DNA from: Cenarchaeum sp.
Lineage (GTDB): Archaea > Thermoproteota > Nitrososphaeria > Nitrososphaerales > Nitrosopumilaceae
Length of the DNA stretch: 24,000 nucleotides
Direction: 5' to 3'
NCBI GenBank assembly: GCA_965212015.1
Contig: OZ243037.1
Coordinates: forward strand, 346,257-370,256
Shown piece by piece: positions 1-7,429 of the stretch; position 1 is the first letter of the stretch, and each line of letters begins with the position of its first letter. The notes beneath the pieces are model-generated. The model ran no database searches. It saw only the letters and a list, made by a program, of their open reading frames with translations, and was not told where the DNA came from. A program made the translations under genes and the position numbers.

Positions 1-430
1 GCAGTATGGGGGCCCCGTACCGTTCAATCCTGTCTCCTGTCTCTGCTGCTGAGCGGACCGGCGCAAAGTCCCCCACCGGCATGCCGTTTTTTTGCAGGAA
101 CGACTTTTGTAAAAGCTTGTCCTGTATGATTCTGAGCATTGCTGGCGGCGGGTTTACCTCGGCGTCGTTCTGTACGGACTCGAGGGCCTCGGCATCACCG
201 GACTCTATCTCGTATGTTATGACGTCGGATCTTGACGCCAGCTCCCCTATTGCGTCTCTGTCCCCAAAGCCGGCAGTTATCTGCCTGGCCCCTGCCTGTG
301 TGGCAGGACAGCCGGCGGTGGGATCCAGCACTATGACCTCCGATATCTCCTCTGGCATCTTTTTTGCAGCCTCTGTCAGCATCATGCCTAGCTGGCCGCC
401 TCCGATTATGCCGAGTGTTTTTCTGGACAC
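1..430 (-). CDS. purK: N5-carboxyaminoimidazole ribonucleotide synthase (PurK, ATP-grasp), 5' part only; the gene continues past the left window edge
   Basis: Absent from the ORF track because there is no stop in the window. My minus-strand translation from GTG 428-430 reads VSRKTLGIIGGGQLGMMLTEAAKKM..VLDPTAGCPATQAG..SDVITYEIESGDAEAL..IQDKLLQKSFLQKNGMPVGDF, a typical PurK N-terminus. An in-frame TAA at 443-445 fixes the start. The + ORF 6..500 is its antisense shadow. Confidence 0.8.
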   Translation of the reverse strand, partial: MSRKTLGIIGGGQLGMMLTEAAKKMPEEISEVIVLDPTAGCPATQAGARQITAGFGDRDAIGELASRSDVITYEIESGDAEALESVQNDAEVNPPPAMLRIIQDKLLQKSFLQKNGMPVGDFAPVRSAAETGDRIERYGAPIL

Positions 431-486
431 GGCTAGCTGGTGTTATGGCCGGCTTAAGATCTTTTTGGCCAGGCCCTGCGGCCGGC

Positions 487-1692
487 CTATATCAGCTTGA
501 ACTCGATATTCTTTTCGCGCAGTCTTGCTATTAGCTTTTCTGCATTGTCCTTGCCGTGCGTCTCTAGGCTGAGGGTGACTCCGGCAGAGCCGGCATTGAT
601 GTCAGTGCTGAACCTGTCGTGTACCACCTCTACAATGTTTGCATTGGCCGCCGTGATCACATCGACGAGATCCTTGAGGGCCCCGGGCTTGTCAGGTAAC
701 AGTATGAATATCTTGAGCAGCCTGCCCACGTATGCCAGGCCCTTGTCGACTATCTGTCCTAGCAGGTACATGTCCACATTGCCGCCTGCCAGGATGGCCA
801 CCACTTTTTTGCCCGGCGAGGGCTTTTTTGCCAGCAGGTATGCGAGGCTTGCAGCCCCGGACGGCTCCACCACCGACTTTGTCCTCTCCATCAGCAGGAA
901 CATGGCCTCGATAATGTCTGCGTCGTCTATCAGGACGACGTCGTCGATGAGATCCCCTATGATCTGAAACGTCAGCTTGCCGGGTTTTTTCACCGATATT
1001 CCGTCGGCAATGGTCTTGCCCCCGCCTGTGGATTTTATCCTGCCGGCTGCCAGCGACTCCTTCATGGCGGGAAACGAGCTTGACTGCACGCCGACTATTC
1101 TCACCTTTGGATTTTTGGTCTTTATGGCAATCAGGACGCCGGCTGCCAGGCCGCCTCCCCCTATTGGCACGTACACCTCGTCGACGTCAGGCAGGTCCTC
1201 TAGAATCTCCAGTCCGATCACCCCGTCTGCTGCGATTATCTGCGGATCATCAAAGGCGTGTATTATTTTTGCGCCCGTCTGCTGCGAGATTTCCTGCGCC
1301 TTGTTCCACGACTCCTCATAGCTGCCCCCCTCCAGGATTACGTTTGCCCCGTATCCCTTTGTTGCAGACACCTTGGCAGGCGATGCGGATTTTGGCATTA
1401 CTATCGTGCACGGTATGTTTTCTGAAAACGCCGCAAGTGCCACTCCCTGTGCGTGGTTTCCCGCAGATGCTGCCACAACGCCGTTTCTTCTTTCCTCCTG
1501 CGACAGCGTCTTTATCTTATAGTACGCCCCCCTTATCTTAAAGGAGCCGGTTTTTTGCCGGTACTCTGACTTTAGATACACCTCTGAGCCTGTCCACTTG
1601 CTAAAAGTCGAGGAATACACCAGTGGCGTCTTTGCGACATGGCTTCCCCTCATTGATCCGGCCCTTACTATCTCATCATACGACGGATTCAT
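487..1692 (-). CDS. ilvA: Threonine ammonia-lyase (threonine dehydratase), PLP-dependent, with a C-terminal ACT-like domain
   Basis: ORF 487..1800. It has the PLP-lysine motif TGSFKIRGAYYKI, SAGNHAQGVALAA, and an ACT-like tail LLPDKPGALKDLVDVI. The likely true start is Met37 (MNPSYDEIV, ATG at 1690-1692), giving about 401 aa; the upstream 36 codons look like an ORF extension. Confidence 0.9.
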   Translation of the reverse strand: MNPSYDEIVRAGSMRGSHVAKTPLVYSSTFSKWTGSEVYLKSEYRQKTGSFKIRGAYYKIKTLSQEERRNGVVAASAGNHAQGVALAAFSENIPCTIVMPKSASPAKVSATKGYGANVILEGGSYEESWNKAQEISQQTGAKIIHAFDDPQIIAADGVIGLEILEDLPDVDEVYVPIGGGGLAAGVLIAIKTKNPKVRIVGVQSSSFPAMKESLAAGRIKSTGGGKTIADGISVKKPGKLTFQIIGDLIDDVVLIDDADIIEAMFLLMERTKSVVEPSGAASLAYLLAKKPSPGKKVVAILAGGNVDMYLLGQIVDKGLAYVGRLLKIFILLPDKPGALKDLVDVITAANANIVEVVHDRFSTDINAGSAGVTLSLETHGKDNAEKLIARLREKNIEFKLI

Positions 1693-1827
1693 GGGAGTTC
1701 TTTGCCCAGCTGCGCTATATTTGACTTTGTGGCCGCAGCGCGCCATGCTGCCGCATTTTGCAGCTCCTTGCACGGATTGATGCGTCCCTGAAAGCCGCAC
1801 GCGGCAGTCCCATACATTTGCACCATG

Positions 1828-2670
1828 TTATTGCACGCACCGCAGGAACTCGTCTAGCCTGTGGCCGATGCCGTCCTGGACCCCCTGCGGGATTTTTTTG
1901 GGATCAAAGACGCCCTCCTTTGTCCTGTTTTTGACGAACTCTAGATCAAACGTGCATAGTATCCCCTCCTCGCCTGAGACTAGCCGCGTATCGTCTATTG
2001 GCACGTTGGTAGTCTGGTACGTCTCCAAAAGAAAGCTGTCCAGCTCGTCAAACAGGCCGGCCTTTTTTTTGGACATTTCCCTGAAATCAACGTCGGTACC
2101 CTCCTCGATCTCGCCGTGGATTTTTTCCCGCAGTTTGTCGTCCTTGTACAGGATTTCAAACAGATCCTGGTGGCCCAGATCCGCATATCCTGCCTCCCTT
2201 AGCCTGCCTTCGACTAGATCCTCGCCCATGTCCGAGACGGATTTCTGCGAGTCCTTTGTCTTGTCTATTAGCGCGGCTAGCTCCTTTTGGCGCTCGACTA
2301 CGCGATAGTCGGGCTTGTAGTATAACAATACGTGAAACTGTATGGACATGTGTCCTGCCAGGATGTAATTGCCCTCCATTACCTCGAATTTTGTAAAGAT
2401 CCTGCGAAGATCGTCATTGTTCGTCGTAGAGACGTCCTGAATGGTCCAGCCGTCGAGTCTTTTTACCACGGCCCGGTAAAAATCCGCCACCAGCATGGGA
2501 TCAAACGTGGTCTGCTCTGTAATCGTGCTGTCGCCCAGCATGACTTTGGCCTTTACCGTCCTGGTGGCTGCGGCAAGCTGCCTCTGATACGCCCTTTGAA
2601 TCTCGCCGTTTTTGGAGTTTAGCTTTGTGATAAAGTCGTTTGGGGACCGGCTGCCAAGGCGCACGTGCAC
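1828..2670 (-). CDS. Hypothetical protein (280 aa), no family recognised
   Basis: Long ORF with protein-like, charged and mixed composition and a GTG start. Competing + ORFs are Ser/Pro/Arg-rich shadows. No motif that I can name. Confidence 0.6.
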   Translation of the reverse strand: MHVRLGSRSPNDFITKLNSKNGEIQRAYQRQLAAATRTVKAKVMLGDSTITEQTTFDPMLVADFYRAVVKRLDGWTIQDVSTTNNDDLRRIFTKFEVMEGNYILAGHMSIQFHVLLYYKPDYRVVERQKELAALIDKTKDSQKSVSDMGEDLVEGRLREAGYADLGHQDLFEILYKDDKLREKIHGEIEEGTDVDFREMSKKKAGLFDELDSFLLETYQTTNVPIDDTRLVSGEEGILCTFDLEFVKNRTKEGVFDPKKIPQGVQDGIGHRLDEFLRCVQ

Positions 2671-2713
2671 GGTTTTTGCCCCGCTACCCTTAAACCTTCC
2701 ATAGCAGCTTTTA

Positions 2714-2722
2714 TTTTAAATA
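2714..2722 (+). promoter_or_regulatory. TATA box (TTTTAAATA) for the Zn-ribbon/cyclase transcript
   Basis: AT-rich box centred about 27 nt upstream of the in-frame TTG at 2746. It lies inside the track ORF 2665..2862, so the upstream part of that ORF is probably not coding. Confidence 0.55.
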
Positions 2723-2745
2723 GAAAAACACACAAGCGTATTGTA

Positions 2746-2862
2746 TTGGAGAAAATCACCTGCCACGACTGCGGCGTCGAGATTGTCGAGTACCGTCATG
2801 ACGGGTATGGGGGGAATCGGGGCAGATGCCCCAAGTGCAAGACGGACTTTCCGCTGGAGTGA
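2746..2862 (+). CDS. Small zinc-ribbon protein (~38 aa; CxxC...CxxC)
   Basis: LEKITCHDCGVEIVEYRHDGYGGNRGRCPKCKTDFPLE contains two CxxC knuckles. The TTG start at 2746 is positioned for a leaderless mRNA from the TATA at 2714-2722. The track ORF starts at 2665. Confidence 0.55.
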   Translation: MEKITCHDCGVEIVEYRHDGYGGNRGRCPKCKTDFPLE

Positions 2863-2934
2863 GCTGAGCTGAGTCGGGATTCCGGGGATGGGGGCGCAGA
2901 GAAGGTCCGGGAGGACGAGTCTAGCACGCCGATT

Positions 2935-3675
2935 GTGGACATGCTTCTTGGCAAGGAGGATGCAAAGTTCATAGACACCGACACCCTGATTACAAACATC
3001 CAGAAGAGGGTCTGGGGATCGCTAAAGCGCGGTTACGAGTATTCCGGAGCAGTAGAAGAGTCCGACGAGTTTCTTCGCTCCCACATATTCTCAAGGGTAG
3101 AGATGGCAGTGCTGTATGTGGATTTGGTCGGCTCTACAAACATGACACTAGAGCTGCCCGAGGAAAAGATTGCCATCATAATCAGCTCGTTTGCCCAAGA
3201 GATGGCATACGTCATCAGGCAGTACGGCGGATACGTCCTAAAGTTTGTCGGCGACGCAGTTATCGGGTTTTTCATAGGCAGCGGGAATTCGCTAAAGGCT
3301 GCAGACAATGTGATCCTGTGCGCGCAGTCCATGATCACTGCGATAAACAGGGGGATAAACCCCATCCTGAACCAGTACGACTATCCTGACTTGAAGGTCA
3401 AAATCGGCATTGATTACGGCGAGGCACTGCCGGTGCGGTACGGCGCCGACAAAAAGCAGGCCCCAGTAGATCTGCTAGGGCCGGTAATGAACATTGCGGC
3501 AAAAATCCAGTCGCTTGCAAAGCCCAACCAGGTCCTGATCGGAGTTGACGTGTTCAACAGGCTGCATCCGGACGGCCAAAAGACGTTTCGCGAGATCAGC
3601 TGGAAGGACGACGAGTGGAAGTACCGTTCAAGAACGACGGGCAAGATTTACCAGGTCTTCGAGCACGTCGGCTAG
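2935..3675 (+). CDS. Class III adenylate/guanylate cyclase-domain protein, stand-alone catalytic domain
   Basis: Cyclase homology motifs are present: AVLYVDLVGSTNMT (metal Asp), GGYVLKFVGDAVIGFF (Lys plus the second metal Asp), KVKIGIDYGEA, and VDLLGPVMNIAAKIQSLAKPNQVLIG (Asp, Asn, and Lys where the usual Arg sits). Start is GTG 2935 or ATG 2941. Confidence 0.8.
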   Translation: MDMLLGKEDAKFIDTDTLITNIQKRVWGSLKRGYEYSGAVEESDEFLRSHIFSRVEMAVLYVDLVGSTNMTLELPEEKIAIIISSFAQEMAYVIRQYGGYVLKFVGDAVIGFFIGSGNSLKAADNVILCAQSMITAINRGINPILNQYDYPDLKVKIGIDYGEALPVRYGADKKQAPVDLLGPVMNIAAKIQSLAKPNQVLIGVDVFNRLHPDGQKTFREISWKDDEWKYRSRTTGKIYQVFEHVG

Positions 3676-3954
3676 ATTGAAAACCTGCCGGGGCATTCGA
3701 CGTGTTCATAGTGGTGCTCTGTGAACTTTTCGTTGACGATATAGATTACGATTTTGTGCAGATCCGAGCTTGATATGGCCCTCTTGCACCGCATGCAGTA
3801 TTTTTCGCCTTTTTCCGACATTTTCGTATCTGCGATCTAAATGTACCATTCTATAAGGATCAGCGATCAGCTCAAATTGAGCAAAAATCACCACACATTC
3901 ACCATTTTACCTCTAGGCACAAAGACAAGGCAAAAATATGCCTAAAAATGCCAC

Positions 3955-4341
3955 ATGGTGTTGAATGACTCGCTACTATACCGCTTGCGGGAGCTTTACG
4001 GCCTGAATCCCAATGCCACCCCGCTGGCGCTGCAGTTTCCGCGCCTGCCTCCGGGCCTCATCTCGCCGATGGCCGGATCTGCCCCCAGGCAGCGGTTCAA
4101 ATCCAGAGTCGACAAGCTGGGTCCCCGACTGGAGGATTTCAAAGACGCGTACCAGAGACACGCCTCCGGCCTGGTTAACCTCGAATCGCACTCTATGATT
4201 CTGCCCGGACACCCGCTGCACTCTGGGCAAAACTCCATCGATGCGCTCAATGCAGAAAACAACAAGTTAAAAAAAGAAAACTTTGATCTGAAAAAGCAGC
4301 TGGACCGAACGGCCGGCGAAAAAACAAGACACGGCCCGTAG
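3955..4341 (+). CDS. Hypothetical protein with a C-terminal coiled-coil segment
   Basis: 128-aa ORF with a heptad-like tail IDALNAENNKLKKENFDLKKQLDRT. An AT-rich TATA-like box lies at 3932-3939 just upstream, so the start could equally be GTG 3958 or TTG 3961. The overlapping minus ORFs are Arg/Gly/Pro-rich. Confidence 0.5.
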   Translation: MVLNDSLLYRLRELYGLNPNATPLALQFPRLPPGLISPMAGSAPRQRFKSRVDKLGPRLEDFKDAYQRHASGLVNLESHSMILPGHPLHSGQNSIDALNAENNKLKKENFDLKKQLDRTAGEKTRHGP

Positions 4342-4384
4342 GAGATTTGCAGAATCCTTAATAGCTTGAATTTCAACCCTACCC

Positions 4385-4771
4385 ATGGTCAAAACCCCGT
4401 CCCAAAAATGGAACGCCAGGATAGCAAAATACAAGGACCAGAGCAGAAAAATCACCGGCGTCTCAAAATCGATCCGCTATGCCGGAGTCATCAACGAGTT
4501 TGGCCGCACCCTGGCAGGCACCCTCCGCCCCGGCGTAAGGCCCATGCTGAATTCCGAGCAGGTCAAAAACGAGCTGTTCATCATCTCCACCCTGGTGACG
4601 CTGAGAAAAAACCCGGCCGGTGCAATCGGCACCCTTGACTATATGGTGCTGAGGCACAAAAAGATCACCATCGTGGCCCTGCAAAAAAAACAAATGACAT
4701 ACTATGTGTCCGTCGACGGCAAGGAAAAGCATCTGACCGGGATCATCCGGGGCATTAAAAAATCAATCTAG
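4385..4771 (+). CDS. Hypothetical small protein (128 aa)
   Basis: Balanced composition. A TATA-like CCTTAATAG at 4356-4364 lies about 24 nt before the ATG. The frame-shifted ORF 4366..4638 is His/Arg/Pro-rich and therefore unlikely. No family assigned. Confidence 0.6.
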   Translation: MVKTPSQKWNARIAKYKDQSRKITGVSKSIRYAGVINEFGRTLAGTLRPGVRPMLNSEQVKNELFIISTLVTLRKNPAGAIGTLDYMVLRHKKITIVALQKKQMTYYVSVDGKEKHLTGIIRGIKKSI

Positions 4772-5181
4772 GCCGGCGTAAAGCCGTGATAGCCGCCAGT
4801 CTGCTGCGACTTGTCTGTAAAGTCCGGCTCAAACAGGGAGACGAGATAGCCGTCGGGATCCGAGACGATGGCGTTTTTTCCGGCCTCCCTGTCCACGCTG
4901 TCCCGAAATATCTTTACACCCTTTGATTTTAACTCCTCCAGGGACGACTTTAAATCCCCGACTAGAAAGCCGATCGTGATTCCGTTGTCAATTGAGCTTC
5001 CCACGTGCTCGGCGGTAAGCGATGCCGGATGCAGGCTCAGCAGCGCCCCGGTGGTTCCAAGATCTATCCACGACCTTCTCTGGTTCTTTATTGGAAGCCC
5101 GATGATCTCGTGATAGAAATAAAGCGACTTGTCTAGATCCTTTACCGCCAGAATCACATTGCCCACCTTTTTGATTTGCAT
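4768..5181 (-). CDS. VOC-family protein (glyoxalase / bleomycin resistance / dioxygenase fold)
   Basis: MQIKKVGNVILAVKDLDKSLYFYHEIIGLPI...ITIGFLVGDLKSSLEELKSKGVKIF...IVSDPDGYLVSLFEP shows the paired beta-alpha-beta-beta-beta pattern typical of VOC proteins. Confidence 0.85.
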   Translation of the reverse strand: MQIKKVGNVILAVKDLDKSLYFYHEIIGLPIKNQRRSWIDLGTTGALLSLHPASLTAEHVGSSIDNGITIGFLVGDLKSSLEELKSKGVKIFRDSVDREAGKNAIVSDPDGYLVSLFEPDFTDKSQQTGGYHGFTPA

Positions 5182-5278
5182 ACAGGCACTGGCCGCTTGG
5201 CCGTTAAAATCTTTATCCTTTTGGGCGCAAATCCGCCGCGGCTGCGCGATACTGGGGGCCGGGCAAAACTGCGAAATC

Positions 5279-5497
5279 CTACTGGATCTCGACCATGGTC
5301 TCGGTCCTCTCTACGCCGCTGATCCTCTGGATCTCGACTGTGACGTCCTTTATCTGGGATAGCTCATCCACCTCGATTATCGCCACTGCGTCAAACTGGC
5401 CGCTGACTGGAAACGAGTCATAGACGGACTTTATCCGCCTCAGCCTGGCTGCGATCAGCTTTTTGGGCGACTTTACTAGCGTCACTGCCCTCACCAT
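5279..5497 (-). CDS. Stand-alone Lrp/AsnC-type ligand-binding (RAM) domain protein, 72 aa
   Basis: MVRAVTLVKS....VYDSFPVSGQFDAVAIIEVDELSQIKDVTVEIQRISGVERTETMVEI is a RAM-domain pattern with no HTH. Its start overlaps the stop of the upstream RAM gene. Confidence 0.7.
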   Translation of the reverse strand: MVRAVTLVKSPKKLIAARLRRIKSVYDSFPVSGQFDAVAIIEVDELSQIKDVTVEIQRISGVERTETMVEIQ

Positions 5498-5730
5498 CCT
5501 AGATTTACCTCCACCTCGATTAGCGTCTCTGTAGTTACGATCTCTTTGATTTTTTTGAACTCAATGACGGTGCCGTTTATCTCGTCCATAGAATCCTGCA
5601 AAATCACGCAAATGTCGGCCCTGCCTGTGACTACCATCAGGTCCCTGTTTATCCTTCTTTTCTTTTTTAATATTCGGACTACGGCATCCACCTGTCCGGG
5701 CTTGACGGTAATCAGGCACAGCGCTCTCAT
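5491..5730 (-). CDS. Stand-alone Lrp/AsnC-type ligand-binding (RAM) domain protein, ~79 aa
   Basis: ORF 5491..5778. The RAM-like core starts at MRALCLITVKPGQVDAVVRILKK...VVTGRADICVILQDSMDEINGTVIEFKKIKEIVTTETLIEV, so the likely start is ATG 5728-5730. Confidence 0.65.
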   Translation of the reverse strand: MRALCLITVKPGQVDAVVRILKKKRRINRDLMVVTGRADICVILQDSMDEINGTVIEFKKIKEIVTTETLIEVEVNLGW

Positions 5731-5770
5731 GCTAATACATGGGCGGCAAACCGAATAAAGATTTCCATGC

Positions 5771-5977
5771 CTAGTCAAAGGCTTCCTGCGAGCGTGCCTC
5801 CTCGAGATATGCGCGCCTCTCCTCGTTTATTTTTTCATGATCGACTTCTAGGCTGTCGTCCACTATAACAATGTCCGAGTCATAAATCGAGTCTTTTTTT
5901 GGCTTTTTTTTGGCCTTTGGTTTTGATGGTTTTTTTGTGGTTTTAGCCGTCTTGGCCGGTTTTTTTTTAATCACCAA
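5771..5977 (-). CDS. Small bipartite protein: Lys-rich N-terminus and acidic C-terminus
   Basis: (TTG)VIKKKPAKTAKTTKKPSKPKAKKKPKKDSIYDSDIVIVDDSLEVDHEKINEERRAYLEEARSQEAFD. It heads the RAM-RAM gene string on the same strand. AT-rich TATA-like boxes lie upstream at 5982-6016. Confidence 0.5.
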   Translation of the reverse strand: MVIKKKPAKTAKTTKKPSKPKAKKKPKKDSIYDSDIVIVDDSLEVDHEKINEERRAYLEEARSQEAFD

Positions 5978-6453
5978 TATCGGAAAAATAAAAGTACTGC
6001 ATGTAATTAAACATTGTGTAGCATTTGTAGACGTGGCAAGCTCAAGACAAATTGATCCAAACAGATCTGATTCTGCCCGGCCAAGGGCCTTTGGCAGTTA
6101 CGGACTGCCGGCCAATCCCGCACGCCGGTATCTGCCGCAGGCTCGGCTGCATTTTGAAATTCAAGAGGGGTTTATCTGAAAACGCCAGGCTAGTGCAATA
6201 CGCACAATGGCCGGCAAAAACGCCTGCCACGCGGCGTCCGGGCAGGTACGGAATCGGCAATCCTGGCCCTGCGATCTTGATTGCCTGCCCTTTGGCCTGC
6301 CGGCATTTCACTTTCCTGGCACACCGGTCCGAAGGGCATGCGTTTGCGGCAAAGTCCGGATGTTTGGAATTACAGAAAATCGGCACGTCGTGCCTGCCAG
6401 AGGATTTAATCTAACGATATGTGACGGATAATAAAATAGAAAGTGTTTTTCGT

Positions 6454-6783
6454 CTAGCCTCTGCCCTGTGCTGCGTATTTGCCGCTTTTGCCTCTGAGGA
6501 ACAGTGCTCCTGCTATGCCTCCAAAGACAGCTCCTGCGATTGCAGATGCGCCAAGTACTCCGTCTGCACCAAGAATTGGTGTGCCTGATCCAGACGAGGG
6601 GTTTGCTTCGGCTGCGTCGATTCGTCTTCTTGCAAGTTCGAGTGTTTCTTCTAGTGTGTTTTGGCCGGTTTCCCCTGCGCCACCGACATTTCCCAAGTAT
6701 TGTGCATAGGCAAATCCAATAAAGCCCAGACTGCCAAGGCCAATCATGGCAAACAAACCTGCTAATAGTATTGATCTAATCAT
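6454..6783 (-). CDS. Small membrane protein (signal peptide plus C-terminal TM anchor), candidate AMO-associated subunit by position
   Basis: MIRSILLAGLFAMIGLGSLGFIGFAYA-QY is signal-peptide-like. The Gly/Ala-rich C-terminal TM is GASAIAGAVFGGIAGALFL, followed by the basic tail RGKSGKY. Third codon positions are A/T-leaning like the amo genes. It is divergent from 6947..7216. Confidence 0.7.
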   Translation of the reverse strand: MIRSILLAGLFAMIGLGSLGFIGFAYAQYLGNVGGAGETGQNTLEETLELARRRIDAAEANPSSGSGTPILGADGVLGASAIAGAVFGGIAGALFLRGKSGKYAAQGRG

Positions 6784-6946
6784 ATCGTTTACCTGCTCAA
6801 TTGAAACCTGTATAGTTATTTAACTTTTATTCTCTAAAAGGCGGTTTTTTGGCCATATTTTGAATCCTGACCGGTGTTTTTTCATACGGGGCGCGATCTG
6901 CGCCTAACAGAAATATATATATCGTACAGGATTAGTTGGTTTAATC

Positions 6947-7216
6947 ATGATTCCCATATTGGGCACATTCCTAAGTATTTTGTCCTCACTCACAGGACAA
7001 TTGGGACCAAACTATGACCCGTTATTCTACGATGTCATGATCTACATCTTTGGCACCATAATGTTTACAGTATTCCTTCTCGGAATCATTGCATTCTGGC
7101 TGCGAGTCCACGGATGGGGATACAAGGACAATCGTGAAAGATGGATTGATGAGCTTGACAGACACTTTGAGAGAGAAGGCATCGGTCTAATTCCAGACAA
7201 CGGCAAGTATTGGTAA
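6947..7216 (+). CDS. Small membrane protein (1-2 TM), candidate AMO-associated subunit by position
   Basis: MIPILGTFLSILSSL... plus a strong TM VMIYIFGTIMFTVFLLGIIAFWL, then a charged tail RVHGWGYKDNRERWIDELDRHFERE. GC is low. TATA ATATATATA is about 30 nt upstream and an oligo-T tract follows the stop. Confidence 0.7.
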   Translation: MIPILGTFLSILSSLTGQLGPNYDPLFYDVMIYIFGTIMFTVFLLGIIAFWLRVHGWGYKDNRERWIDELDRHFEREGIGLIPDNGKYW

Positions 7217-7429
7217 ATTTCTCTTTTTTCATCATTTTTTTCTAGACTGGCCATTGGCAGTTACCTGCCGCACGACGGTTTTTGAGTGCAGGCCAGAGTC
7301 TGCGCCCGTGAGTGCTCTGAGCCAGCCTTTGGATGCTGCCGACTCGGGCACCGCTTTCTGGCACCGTACAATGGTGCGATTGCCGTATTGCGGAGGGATG
7401 TAAAGTCCGATGCCGGACCAGTCTTCGCT

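Noticed and set aside
6-500. 164-aa + strand ORF at the left edge
   Set aside because: It is antisense to a clear PurK N-terminus on the minus strand. It is Ser/Ala/Pro/Cys-rich with no recognisable motif, which is typical of a shadow ORF in GC-rich coding DNA.
3706-3894. 62-aa basic minus-strand ORF (..MVHLDRRYENVGKRRKILHAVQEGHIKLGSAQNRNLYRQRKVHRAPL)
   Set aside because: No convincing TATA box sits at the right distance from either candidate start, and I recognise no family. It could be a real small basic protein, but the sequence alone does not support it.
6347-6384. RNase P RNA-like motifs (GCGGCAAAGTCCGG and TACAGAAAATCGGC resemble the CR-I and CR-V P4 strands)
   Set aside because: The two motifs are only about 15 nt apart, whereas real RNase P RNAs separate them by a specificity/catalytic domain of about 250 nt. 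No other conserved regions were seen, so this is a chance resemblance.
6042-6414. Overlapping ORFs 6042..6386(-), 6052..6414(+) and 6207..6431(+) in a GC-rich island
   Set aside because: They overlap one another in several frames. They are Arg/Pro/Gly/Cys-rich, have no TATA box, and have no family resemblance. I treat them as non-coding spacer, although a decayed pseudogene cannot be excluded without a tblastx search.
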